This document shows, piece after piece, positions 24,199-35,738 of a stretch of DNA of 64,000 bases. Origin of the DNA: Albugo candida (lineage: Eukaryota). The position numbers and the translations under genes were made by a program. The DNA is taken from NCBI GenBank assembly GCA_040437565.1, contig JBDOQK010000058.1:62001-126000 (forward strand). Reading direction: 5' to 3'. The stretch's first letter is position 1. Each line of letters starts with the position of its first letter. Below the pieces are notes generated by a model. That model saw only the letters and a program-made list of their open reading frames with translations, did no database searches and was not told the DNA's origin.

Positions 24199-26613
24199 CA
24201 AGAAGTTGTTGGAAGAAACGTGAATGGATTTCAGGTCTCTCCAATTCAATGTGTGAACTTTTAAGGTCGACAGAGAGTATTAAATCGGAAGATACGAAGA
24301 TATCGACGCTCACGTATCGAAGCTTCCCTTCACCTCCAAACGTAGAACAACCGTTCCGTCATGCTATCCAGCATCTTCAAGCTGAAGCACCGAAAGATTT
24401 CGTTTGGTCTATCCAGTTCGAAAAAGGAGATGACGAGAAGAAAAAGGAAGCATTTTAAAATTTGGCATATCATATTGCGAAAGTGAGCAATACTTACGTT
24501 GTGTCAACTGTTTCATACTATATACTTACGAGTTCTTTCGATTATGAACATGTGGTTATATTTCACGGTTCGATTGAGAGTTCATCAATTGAAATCACTT
24601 CCTATGGATACACCGATTTGGGCTCTATTGCACATTCATTGAGCTATACAGCTGTTGCGAATGCTTTGGATCGCAAGCTTTACAAATTGGTCAATATGGA
24701 ATACCCTTGGAAGAGTAAGAGAAGGATATACGTGCACCATGGATTTCAACTCCAAAGGATATTACAATGGTCGAGCAGGCATAAAGCTATGCAATACAAC
24801 GCAACACTTGGACATCCTATTTGCATTCATTCGGTAGGAAAAGTTTATTGATTCCGTGCTTTCCAGTCCTTCAAAAAGCATGTCTTCGTCAGTAAACCGT
24901 GCAACAAGACTTCTATGACGATTGTATCAGCTTGCACAAGTATACAATACATGCATTCATACCGAGAAGTGCAGTAGGTAAGGATTTTATGCGATATTTA
25001 GTGCTGCACTCATAATCACGACTAAGCGCTTGACTCCCGAGGTCTGCGCCTATACGCCATCACTGCAGCTGTGGTTTCTTTTATTCTCCATGTGGCTCGC
25101 GAAGAATCCGTAAGGCTGTATACTTGTCACAATTGGTCACAGATGTATATCAAGACACCATGTCACTTGTATACTAATGGCACTAGGTCATTGTATCAGA
25201 CGGAAGTACAAATCAAATTCCAAGTCAACTTTGGCAAGGGCTACGTTCATGGCACTTGAACACTTGAAAATCTGCAAGCGATCGATTATTGATTTATACG
25301 TGTGTTGCCAAAGATAAGATTTTGATACAAGTCGTCACATAGAGGAGATCAGATCTGATTTTCTAATTGATATAACATAACACTTCTATATAAGATATAA
25401 TACCTTCTTGTGTATGAGAAATTTACTATAAGTATGCGCTAGCACCTTCTAAGAAATGTATCTTTAAGGGATGCTTTGACCATAGCTAATACAGATACGC
25501 AGATCGACATAGTACAACAAACGAAGAGTATTCAATTCACAAACCAGTGATATAGCGTGAAATGGTCGTCATAGTAGATAAGCAGCATAAACATCCGAAT
25601 GCATGATACATTCGGGTGAGCTGTCTTCTTTAGTGTGCGAACAGGGTCAATGTGTAGCAGGTCCCTACATAATAAACCTTGGAGTTTCATGGAAAGCATG
25701 CAGTAGAGCATCTTTAGTAGAGGCAACTGTACTGACTTGATACTCAACACAAGCTGAACCGATTTATTTCTTACGTCCCAGGCTCTAACAGCCTCCATTT
25801 TGTGTCCGCGTGCCCTTATGACTATAACTCGACGTCAACCTACTAAATCGATACAAATACACGAGGGAGAAGGACCATATACTCAATACCGAATTCAAAT
25901 GACTTTAGACGAGGGTTATACTCGACTTAGTATGTAATAGCTGTCGCACGTAGTTGCGGCATTGAGAGACTATGGTGCGTTAAAGGGCGCAATTCTATGC
26001 CGTAGTAATCAGTTTAGGACCGGTATGGGTTGTTAGAGTACCATATTGGTAGGTAAGCGACTTTTCATTATTTGGTATTGGAAGGGTATATCGTTATACG
26101 GTATTGCGGAAGAAGAACTTGGATTATATTCAGCATGATTCCAGTCAATCCTCGTCAAAGCTCGAGGACAGCTCATTACCAAAACTAACAGATCGAGGCC
26201 ACTTGTCCGTAAATGAGTCCATCGATTGACATCAGCACGACCAGTAAGGATGCAAGCGACTCGCACCCGCAAGCGATTTCAAACCCATGTCAAAAGTACA
26301 TTCAAATCGGCACCATTCGCTCACTCAACGCGGCTCTGATTCGAAAAGATTTTTCTTCAGCGTTGGAACGCTCCGGTTGGATTTATATCTGATTCAAGTG
26401 TCGACGATAAGTTTGCGTCTATTAAATGAGAAATGAAAACGTTTGTGTATGTTCATGATCATTATCCTGTAGAGAAGAAATATAATTGCAATAACGCCAA
26501 TTTAAATAGCATATATGTGTATTAAACGAAAATACGATTTCTGTAGGCTACGAACTCTTTTGTACATGTTTGTGTGGAAATGTTTCGTTATTGGAAACTC
26601 TTGGGAGTATGAA

Positions 26614-27255
26614 TTAGATATACACCCATCCTGATCGCTCGAATGCAGACGCCTTTTCCATTGTATGGTTTTTGCGTGCATTCATTGATAAACACACAAT
26701 CCTTCGGTTGTCGACTTGCTCGTTATAGGATTCGGTGTGCTCGTTCGACACACTTGCACGTCGAGAGGCTAGTTTTTCTTTGAGTAATTCAAACATGTTA
26801 CTTGTATTTGAAATTGTTTTTTGCTTATTTGCTTTGTTACTGTGTTGCTTTGCTCACTGTAGCGAAATTTGAGTAGTGAGGCTTGTGAATCATGATAAAA
26901 AAGCTGGACGGGCGTTGTGCCATCGCTCTCTTGTACAATTAATAATGTATTATTATTGATATCAAGGGTTGGACATTTCAACCATGTTGAACCTCTGCGT
27001 TTTGATGCATTTTGTTGATTGATAATACACAAGCTTGATGTACTTCAAGTTGAATTTTGTAGATGGGTCGAGTGATGACGAAAGCGCGTCATCGCCCCAG
27101 ACCTGAGAACCAGCATGTGACGTAGAGCACGTCATCGTATACTTTAGTGTATATCCATCGTATACATGTCCACATGGGGTATAGGCTGCGTATATGCTGC
27201 GTGTGCATGTAAAAACTTTATAGAACTTAGAAATGTAGCAGAAAAACACTGTCAA
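26614..27255 (-). pseudogene. Possible degenerate ORF relic
   Basis: Three overlapping minus-strand ORFs in successive frames (26962-27255, 26769-27032, 26614-26796). No recognisable family. Confidence 0.2.
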
Positions 27256-27359
27256 TAAACGTATTCGAGATGACTGTTATATCAAATGCTTTTTACTGTA
27301 AATCCGTAGCGCGACGATCGTGATAAGCGCAGCTCAAATACTCTCTTGGTATCACGCAA

Positions 27360-28862
27360 TCAGGAAAGAGTGGCGAATGGATCATTACTGGAACGAATAT
27401 TTTTGTTTAACATATTCAGCGGATTGTTGGGTGTATACGACGCTGAAGCATTCGGTAAAAAAGGCATTCCAGCGTCCCCATAAGCGGAATTGTAAGTAGC
27501 TGGTACTGGCCCAGAAAAGTTGGTCGTATATCCAGTTTGTCCTGGAATAGCGTGCACTGGTCCCACATATTGTGGCATGGACGAAGTGGGATAAAGAGTT
27601 GGTTGCGGTGGCGGTAGCACCGGTGTTTTCTCCTTGATCGGTGCCGATCGACGAGCTTGTTCTAAAGTTTGAAATTGTTTCGCTGGCAACATCCTCCCAG
27701 CCGGTTTTGCGTTGAGGTTCAAATCGACCATATTCGACTTCCATAAGTCCCCATCATGTGCCTAGAATAAATGTTAAACTAGGATGCATTCTCAAAGTCA
27801 TCACAAACATCGTACCTGCGCTGCCTCGTTTGGCGCTGACTGAGGCTCTTCAACAGCAACTTCGACTGGACGTATGTCTACAGCTGGCACGGCGGAAAAA
27901 TCTAGGCCTGAAAGCATCGAGGCAATTTGATCTCGAGAGGTACCGGGTTCGATACCGTGCGGCTGTACTTCAGATGGTGCTACGTTTCTTGCGAACGGAT
28001 CTTTACCTCCATTGAAAGGGTCCAAAAATGGATCTGAAGGCGGCGCAGAAGGTTGAATCAGCAACACGGGCTCTGATTTTGGACGGAAATTTGTCAAGTT
28101 GGATGCCGGAAGAGCTGATGTCGGTGGATTGCCCGCAGATACATTTCGCACACGATTCTGTGTTTGAATGTTTGCTGGTTTCGCACATCCACAGACTTCA
28201 CATACTGGGGCTAAAGGCTTTGTATTGACAAGAGTACAACGAGGACATTCCCAGGATCCAAAAGAAGAGGCTCGAGTATTTGTAGCTGCATTGCCGTAGT
28301 TTCCGCTCGAATAGTTGTACGTTCGATTATTTTCTTGCTCACCAAGTCGCTCCGATGTATTCGTACCGATCTTTTTCTCGTCAAAACGGTCGGGTAGGCG
28401 ACGAAAGGATATCCCGTCGATTATGAGGTCTGATACAGCAATGGAAAGCGATATGGCACAAATGCGAAACTGGCAACTCACCATACATATCATTGAGATC
28501 CACAGAGGGCTTGATGAGCACGTGAATAACATGAGCACCAGGAAGACTCAAAACGTGCTCCCAATCGGTGAAAGAAAGCTACAAGCACAAGTCATTTGTG
28601 GCGAATGAGATGATATGGAAAAAGATTCACATACAGCACTTGAAACGTGCTTTACAATTCCATCAATTCGAATGACTTTTTTGCCTGATGCAAGTGAATG
28701 TGTCAATGAAATCTCATAATCTCGGCCTTCGAGCACTTTGATACGCCATATAACTCGTTTTTTCGAGCTCTCAATTAATTTGCCAACATTTGCGATTTCA
28801 TGGTACAACGCACAAGCTTTTGGATTGGATACCTTGATAGTAGACCAATTTCCTTGCCACAT
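27360..28862 (-). CDS. FAIM1-like beta domain + RanBP2/NZF zinc finger + DPF-motif tail (putative endocytic adaptor)
   Basis: Four exons (introns 28579-28634, 28430-28481, 27762-27815) give a continuous frame. Motifs: KKRVIW..EISLTHSLASGKKVIRIDG..YDLIIDG, WECPRCTLVN..CEVCG, four DPF, and MVDLNL. Confidence 0.8.
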
Positions 28863-29056
28863 GGATTGTAGGGGATGTATTGGGATATTTAAATGGGAAA
28901 CAAACGATGCAAAGCGATGAATTAGCTCGTGCCTTTTGGCTTGCAGCCGTTACGCGACAATTTCACTACTTTTACCCGTATACAAGGCGGCGCACGGTAA
29001 GGATATACGTATATTGAGCCACAGAATCTCTAAGTATACCGAAACATCAGGACACG

Positions 29057-29533
29057 ATGTCGCAATGTCCGCAATGCTATACGGGAACATGTCGACGTCA
29101 CACTTTACAGGATGACGGTCGTTCCAGTATCAAAGCGAACGATCCCAAGGTCACGCTGAGTAAGATGTATGAGCTTATGGTTGGATCAAAATTAAAAGAG
29201 CTCGAAAAGGAGAAGGCAAGAAAGGTGTCAAGCACAGAGCGCACATCCAAATCGTTTCGAGCTAAACTCGACGCAGAACGAGAGAAGACATTGAAAAAGG
29301 CGGTGGGTAGCTCAAAGCGGAGGAGAGAGAGAGATCATACATCCGGAAACGGATTGAATCCACAAGCATTGGCTGCAATTCTTTTGTCACCTTCGACATC
29401 GTCCAGTGAAGAAACTGTAAAGGAAATAAAGAGGAAGAAATCGCATGAAGCAAAATATAAAGTAAAGACTGATAAATCTGGTCGAAAGAAGGCAAAACGA
29501 AGAAAAGAGCACCGAAAAAGCCGAAAAGAATAG
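29057..29533 (+). CDS. Uncharacterised small basic (likely nuclear) protein with N-terminal CxxC-x4-CxxH
   Basis: 158 aa ORF starting MSQCPQCYTGTCRRH, with a Lys/Arg-rich tail. Confidence 0.75.
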   Translation: MSQCPQCYTGTCRRHTLQDDGRSSIKANDPKVTLSKMYELMVGSKLKELEKEKARKVSSTERTSKSFRAKLDAEREKTLKKAVGSSKRRRERDHTSGNGLNPQALAAILLSPSTSSSEETVKEIKRKKSHEAKYKVKTDKSGRKKAKRRKEHRKSRKE

Positions 29534-29738
29534 AACAATAATCAGTAGTGTGACGCTTCTGCATTCACACGTGGTTTATTACACAAATACTCATCATACC
29601 CTCGCTATTTACATAAATCACAATGTAGCAAGAAATTAATTCTCATCAGTAGGGTGGACTATCATTCTCTCAATAATATAATATTACACAGGTATCTCCC
29701 GCCTTTGTTCAGCCATTCTATTTTTCAATTTGCGTTCA

Positions 29739-30812
29739 ATGAGCAGCTTGGACTCCGCCATTTACAACCGCTACATGGCGCTGGAGATTCCGGAAGGAGT
29801 CGTGTTAGCCGAATACGTTTGGATTGGGGGCTCGGGACAGGATTTACGTTGCAAAACGAAAACATTGACGTCTCCCGTCACCTCTTTGGCTGATTTACCT
29901 ATCTGGAATTTCGATGGATCCAGCACCGGTCAGGCACCAGGGGAAGATTCAGAAGTGCTCTTACGTCCAGCTGCAATTTACAAAGACCCTTTTCGTAAGG
30001 GGAAACACATTCTCGTGCTTTGTGACTGCTTGAAACCCGATGGAACGCCAATTTCCAACAACACACGAGCCGATGCTGCTCGTGTGATGAAAGCTGCTGC
30101 ATCCCATGAACCGTGGTTTGGAATCGAACAAGAATACACTCTGTTTGAAGCTGATAACGTGACACCATACGGATGGCCGAAAGGCGGATTCCCGGGGCCC
30201 CAGGGACCGTATTATTGCGGTGCGGGTGCACATTCGGCGTATGGACGGATGATCGCAGATGCACATTATCGTGCGTGTCTGTATGCTGGTATCAACATCA
30301 GTGGGATTAATGCAGAAGTGATGCCAGGACAATGGGAATATCAAGTAGGACCATGCACTGGAATCGAATCTGGCGATCAATTATGGATTTCTCGTTATGT
30401 TTTATTGCGTGTGTGCGAAGATTTCGGTGTCAATGTGTCTTGGGACCCAAAACCGATTCCAGGCGATTGGAATGGTGCTGGATGTCATACAAACTATTCC
30501 ACCAAGGAAATGCGTGAGGATGGTGGTATGGGCAAAATTATCGAAGCGATCGAGAAGCTCAAGATCAAACATCACGTTCACATTGCCGCGTACGGGCAAG
30601 GTAACGAACGTCGTTTGACTGGAAGACACGAGACTGCCAGTATCGACTCATTTTCTTATGGTATTGCGAATCGCGGAGCTTCCGTTCGAATTCCTCGAGT
30701 CGCAGAAACGGAAGGCAAAGGATACTTTGAAGATCGTCGTCCATCGTCCAACATGGATCCGTATCTCGTCACTTCTCGCCTGGTGAAAACGACCATCCTG
30801 AACGAGCCGTGA
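29739..30812 (+). CDS. GLN1: Glutamine synthetase (GSII)
   Basis: [79 protein letters not shown]. Confidence 0.98.
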   Translation: MSSLDSAIYNRYMALEIPEGVVLAEYVWIGGSGQDLRCKTKTLTSPVTSLADLPIWNFDGSSTGQAPGEDSEVLLRPAAIYKDPFRKGKHILVLCDCLKPDGTPISNNTRADAARVMKAAASHEPWFGIEQEYTLFEADNVTPYGWPKGGFPGPQGPYYCGAGAHSAYGRMIADAHYRACLYAGINISGINAEVMPGQWEYQVGPCTGIESGDQLWISRYVLLRVCEDFGVNVSWDPKPIPGDWNGAGCHTNYSTKEMREDGGMGKIIEAIEKLKIKHHVHIAAYGQGNERRLTGRHETASIDSFSYGIANRGASVRIPRVAETEGKGYFEDRRPSSNMDPYLVTSRLVKTTILNEP

Positions 30813-31166
30813 ATTGTGAGTAGGAGGAAAGAGCGTTAGTCGTTTGTTGAATTTCATTGCATTTCAATATACTTTGTAGCGACTTGGCGATTTGGTACGC
30901 AATCACTGTAATGCTTTGTCTTAAACGACTGCGTACGTGTTGTGATTCACGCAAGTCATTCTATAAAATAAAAAAGGCATAAAGACGTGCGCGACAGTCC
31001 AATGCGCCATTTGATACCATTGAAGCCGCCATTGCCTCTAATCCCACAGCTATACACATGGGTTTACAGTATACCTATGATATAGTAAAAACTATTTTGT
31101 CATTTCTCAATTTATCGGTTCCAAGATATCCTTTCCAACATAATACAATCACAACCTCATTGTACG

Positions 31167-33503
31167 ATGTCATCCCTCCTTCCCTATGCTTCCATTCAAA
31201 AATTCATTCTCACCGCAATGGCGACGGGATTCGCTCATTATCTCGATTCCAAGCTGTTGCTATCCCTCGACCTTGAAAAGCTTCCTCTTCTCAAAGCGCA
31301 ATTCATCGCAAAAGACCACGCCCGACGCCACATTCTCCTCTGTGACCTCATGGAGCAAAGTGCGGATCAATGGCCCCAGAAATCCTTCCTCGAGTCTCCA
31401 CAGACCAAATACACATTCCACCAAGCAGATCTCTTTATGAATCAAGTGGCGCATTGGGGTCTCTCCATCAACCTCAAATCCGGCGATATCGTCGCTCTCC
31501 TCATGAGAAATCGACCAGAATATATTCTCCTTTGGCTCGGTCTCGGGAAAATCGGAGTGGTCACTGCATTCATCAACATCCGATTGAAGAAACCCGGTCT
31601 TCTCCACTCGTTCCGTGTCATTCAGCCGAGTATTCTCATCATCGATACCGAAATCGCCGATACAATGCTCGAGAGAATCGATACTTCCTTCTCGGGTCCC
31701 ATTCACACATTTTCGCCTCCGTCGTCTCCAAGCGATCACACATCGAATTCGCTGCACGGAATGCCAACAACGCGTCCAAATCGATCGATTCNNNNNNNNN
31801 NNNNNNNNNNNNNNNNNNNNNNNNNNNNNNNNNNNNNNNNNNNNNNNNNNNNNNNNNNNNNNNNNNNNNNNNNNNNNNNNNNNNNNNNNNNCTTTATGAA
31901 TCAAGTGGCGCATTGGGGTCTCTCCATCAACCTCAAATCCGGCGATATCGTCGCTCTTCTCATGAGAAATCGACCAGAATATATTCTCCTTTGGCTCGGT
32001 CTCGGGAAAATCGGAGTGGTCACTGCATTCATCAACATCCGATTGAAGAAACCCGGTCTTCTCCACTCGTTCCGTGTCATTCAGCCGAGTATTCTCATCA
32101 TCGATACCGAAATCGCCGATACAATGCTCGAGAGAATCGATACTTCCTTCTCGGGTCCCATTCACACATTTTCGCCTCCGTCGTCTCCAAGCGATCACAC
32201 ATCGAATTCGCTGCACGGAATGCCAACAACGCGTCCAAATCGATCGATTCGAAGTGGAATCACCACATCCGACACTGCACTTCTCATTTTCACAAGCGGA
32301 ACCACAGGTCTTCCCAAAGCGACTCGAGTCACACATTTCCAAAGTCTTTTACGCGGTATCCGCTTTCATCTTTTCATGCAAGTGAACGCATTCGATCGCA
32401 TTTTCACGTGTCTTCCATTGCATCATACCGCTGGCGGTGTCCTCACTCCAATTCTCGCAATTCTTTCGGGAGCAGCAATCATCATATTTCCAGGCTTTTC
32501 CTCTGATATTTGGACACATATTCGATCGACTAAAAGTACGATTCTCCAATACATTGGCGAAATGTGTTCTTACCTGATGGACGCATCTCCATCGCTGTTG
32601 GATGCTGAGAATCAGCTTCGAGCAGCATTTGGTAATGGGCTTCCACGTCGAATTTGGTCGGAATTTCAATCGCGATACCGAATTCCAATCATTTACGAGT
32701 TTTACGGCTCGACGGAATCGCCAATTGGACTTTTGAATCGATGTGCATCGTCTTTGGAACAAGGACATTTAGGTCGTCGTGGAATGCTCGATGTCGCGTT
32801 CTCAGGCACACGACTTCTTCGATACGATTTCCAACAGAATTCCCTCTTTCGACATCCGATCACCGGCGCGTATCAAAGCTGCCACGCCGACGAAATCGGT
32901 GAATTGGTCGTCTTACTGCATCCGTCGAATATGTGTCGACGCTTTGAAGGGTATTACAACGATCCAAACGCTTCCCAATTGAAACTTCTTCACAATGTAT
33001 TTCTTCCTGGCGATATGTATTTCCGCACGGGCGATCTCTTCCGAGTGGATCGAAAGCATTGCTGGCATTTCATCGATCGAATTGGAGACACATTTCGATG
33101 GAAAGGTGAAAATGTATCGACAGCTTTTGTGCGTGAGATATTGACTTCGTTTTCGGATTTCCGTGAAATTTGCGTTTACGGAGTCGAAATTCCATGCGTT
33201 TCCGGGAAATGTTGCATGATAGCAGTCGTTCTCCATCCACACAGAGATACCATCGACATTGACGCGCTGAGTGTCTTTGTAGAAGCCCATTTACCCGATT
33301 TCGCGATTCCAATTTTCGTCCGTCACGTCCGAGAAATTCCATCAACGTCGACATTTAAGCTGCAAACAAAAGGTTTTCAGACGGAAGGGATTCAAAATCA
33401 CGTCCTTTTCACGGATCCCTGCTGGTATTTCGATCGTCAATGTCGTCGATACATTCGTTTGCTTCCCAGAAGCATCACAAAAGTGCTCCAAAGTCGTCTC
33501 TAA
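31167..33503 (+). CDS. FATP: Fatty acid transport protein / very-long-chain acyl-CoA synthetase (true length ~625 aa after removing the gap duplication)
   Basis: IFTSGTTGLPKA, QYIGEMC, EFYGSTE, YFRTGDL, FIDRIGDTFRWKGENVST, and C-terminal SRL. Confidence 0.93.
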   Translation: MSSLLPYASIQKFILTAMATGFAHYLDSKLLLSLDLEKLPLLKAQFIAKDHARRHILLCDLMEQSADQWPQKSFLESPQTKYTFHQADLFMNQVAHWGLSINLKSGDIVALLMRNRPEYILLWLGLGKIGVVTAFINIRLKKPGLLHSFRVIQPSILIIDTEIADTMLERIDTSFSGPIHTFSPPSSPSDHTSNSLHGMPTTRPNRSIXXXXXXXXXXXXXXXXXXXXXXXXXXXXXXXXXXFMNQVAHWGLSINLKSGDIVALLMRNRPEYILLWLGLGKIGVVTAFINIRLKKPGLLHSFRVIQPSILIIDTEIADTMLERIDTSFSGPIHTFSPPSSPSDHTSNSLHGMPTTRPNRSIRSGITTSDTALLIFTSGTTGLPKATRVTHFQSLLRGIRFHLFMQVNAFDRIFTCLPLHHTAGGVLTPILAILSGAAIIIFPGFSSDIWTHIRSTKSTILQYIGEMCSYLMDASPSLLDAENQLRAAFGNGLPRRIWSEFQSRYRIPIIYEFYGSTESPIGLLNRCASSLEQGHLGRRGMLDVAFSGTRLLRYDFQQNSLFRHPITGAYQSCHADEIGELVVLLHPSNMCRRFEGYYNDPNASQLKLLHNVFLPGDMYFRTGDLFRVDRKHCWHFIDRIGDTFRWKGENVSTAFVREILTSFSDFREICVYGVEIPCVSGKCCMIAVVLHPHRDTIDIDALSVFVEAHLPDFAIPIFVRHVREIPSTSTFKLQTKGFQTEGIQNHVLFTDPCWYFDRQCRRYIRLLPRSITKVLQSRL
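31433..32250. repeat. Gap-flanking direct duplication (31433-31791 = 31892-32250)
   Basis: 359 nt repeated across the gap at 31792-31891, with one mismatch (C31499 / T31958). Confidence 0.9.
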
Positions 33504-35564
33504 TGCGAATGCAATCCCATTCCCCATCCAAGTTTCACGCGTTTATCGGGGCTATTGGACCTTCGTTCCTGGCTGGAAAAGCGTGTCATCGACGGCTTGG
33601 ATTGTGTGCACGCTCCAGGCGACGATGTGTGACGTAAAAGCGTCGGTAATGGCGGCGTCATTTCCGTTTGGATCGCAATTGGCGTTCGTTTTTCTTTCTT
33701 CTTTGACGTTCGAATAAGAGGTCTCATTTTTTTCTTTGCAGTCGAAAATGTCGTTTCCACGTCCGAAAATGTGAATGGCTCCATTTTCGATCGCATAAAT
33801 TCGAATTGTAAGAGCTTTTCCGCAGAGAATCGTTTGTTGGGATCTAATTGCAGCATTCCGCAAAGCATTTCGATCATTTCGACATCGACTTTGGCGGTCT
33901 CCAAAAGACTTTGCAGACGTGAATTCCCATCGATTTTCGGCGTCACCGTCGCGTACTTTGACAGTGTCATTGCGTCTTTCCACTCGCATTTCGGTGTGCC
34001 GCAAAGACGAAATATGAGATCCATTTGATGTGTCCAGGAATTCCCGTGCAATAAAAGCGATTTGAGGTCTAACAGTTGGAGACAAAGACATCCCAATGCC
34101 CAAATATCAGCTTTCCAAGTGAATTCTCGACTTCCCAGCAGCACTTCCGGCGCGCATGTGTGCATCCACGCGCCATTCAAATGTTCTTTACGCTCGGAAT
34201 CCGACAGAATATGTTGCTTCCCGCGAATTCTTCGGATGGCATGGAAGCCTCCAACGTGAACGCTCTTCTCGTACAGAAACACATGCGTAGAGGTAATCGA
34301 TCGATGCACAAAGCCATTGGAATGACACATTGCCAAAACGGATAAAAGCGCATGTAAAAGCCCACGAATTTGATGTTGGGAGAGTTTCTTCTTCGCTTCC
34401 AAACGACTCGCAAGTGTGTGTATCGGTTGTCGGAATGCGAGGTAATGCGCTTGGAGATCCATCGATGCATTTGTGCCGTCGGAAGGGAATACGATGCCGA
34501 GGAAATGTGAAAACAGACTCGGAGCCTCACACGCGAGCGTCAGCACATGCGCCAATTCCGAGAGACTTGCGGCCGGGACGCCATAGCGCATGTCGGAAGC
34601 CGACATCGAACGATACGGCCACGGCTGAAGATAGAGCTCACGAGGACCAAATGAAGTGATTGAAATGTGAGCGATAAAGCCGCGTTTTCGTACGCGTTCA
34701 ATTCGCATCAAATCGCGTGTTCGGATTCTCAATCCTTCGGAATCGCATCGACGCGGGAAATTGGAAGGTGTAACGAGTCGATTCTCTGCTTTCCAAACGC
34801 ATTCTTTAGCGATTTTCATGATTTCCTGACGCAACGAAAGTGATGTGACTGTGAGCACATTCGTTTCGTTCGTTAGAGACTCCAAATGCTTCCAATGATG
34901 CACCAAAATGGGAAGCAGGAAATCGAGACACCGAGTGACCTGACGCGCATCCGCGACATATTCCAATGATTCCCGACGCATACTCGCGTTTGCGATACAA
35001 ATGAGTGCCTGAACGATTGTTTCCACAGAGAAATACATCCACACGGAACATTGAAAGGCTTCCAGCAGTAAAAGTTCCAATTGCGTACGCACATCCGACT
35101 CCAAAGACGTCAATCGATTGCAAATTGCATACAAATTGTCAGTGTGAATATCATATCGCAACGTTTCGAGAATTTCCATTTGGCAGTCTGTGATTTGTGC
35201 GGCAAAGACACGAAATGCTTCTGTTTCGTGACGCAATTCGCGTCCAATTGTCGCGTCATTGATCGTAATTCGCCACGAAATAGCAATTCCTTTGGCTGTG
35301 TACGCGGCATTCACAAATTCAATCCATTTATATCGCAAGCCGTGTGCTTTGAGTGCGATATGAAGCACTCCAATTGCCATATATTCCATTTTGTCGACGT
35401 GCGCGCCGTGGAAATGTAAAAAACGATGGAATAACATCACAGCCGATGTACCGATCGATTCGTCCAATTTGAGTTTGCGTGCGATCCAAAGAAGCAGACG
35501 GATACAGCGCGTTCGAATGTGTGCGTGGGCATCGGATTTCTTCGGAAGTAAAGGAATCAGCCAA
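33500..35564 (-). CDS. Cyclin-box + CDK-like pseudokinase fusion protein (start probably inside gap 35565-35664)
   Basis: One uninterrupted frame. Cyclin fold: IARKLKL..TSAVMLFHRF..IALKA..QMEILETLRYDI. CDK-like domain: GVPAASLSEL, HRS, GGF, APEVLLGS, ADIWALGC, QMDLIFRLCGTP, MLQLDPNKRFSA. Confidence 0.85.
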
Positions 35565-35738
35565 NNNNNNNNNNNNNNNNNNNNNNNNNNNNNNNNNNNN
35601 NNNNNNNNNNNNNNNNNNNNNNNNNNNNNNNNNNNNNNNNNNNNNNNNNNNNNNNNNNNNNNNNGGAAAAAACTCGTACCAATTAATATTCCTATATTAA
35701 AAAATAATTGGCTTAAACTGTGCATTTTCAACCAATCA

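Noticed and set aside
22320-25798. Similar peptides in small ORFs 22320+ and 25532- (DDSFTLHY/DDHFTLYH, KTHPNAS/TAHPNVS)
   Set aside because: The matches are short and in opposite order, so homology cannot be supported.
31260-32506. Long alternative-frame and antisense ORFs (360 and 378 aa) over FATP
   Set aside because: Shadow ORFs caused by codon bias and inflated by the Ns and the duplication. No motifs.
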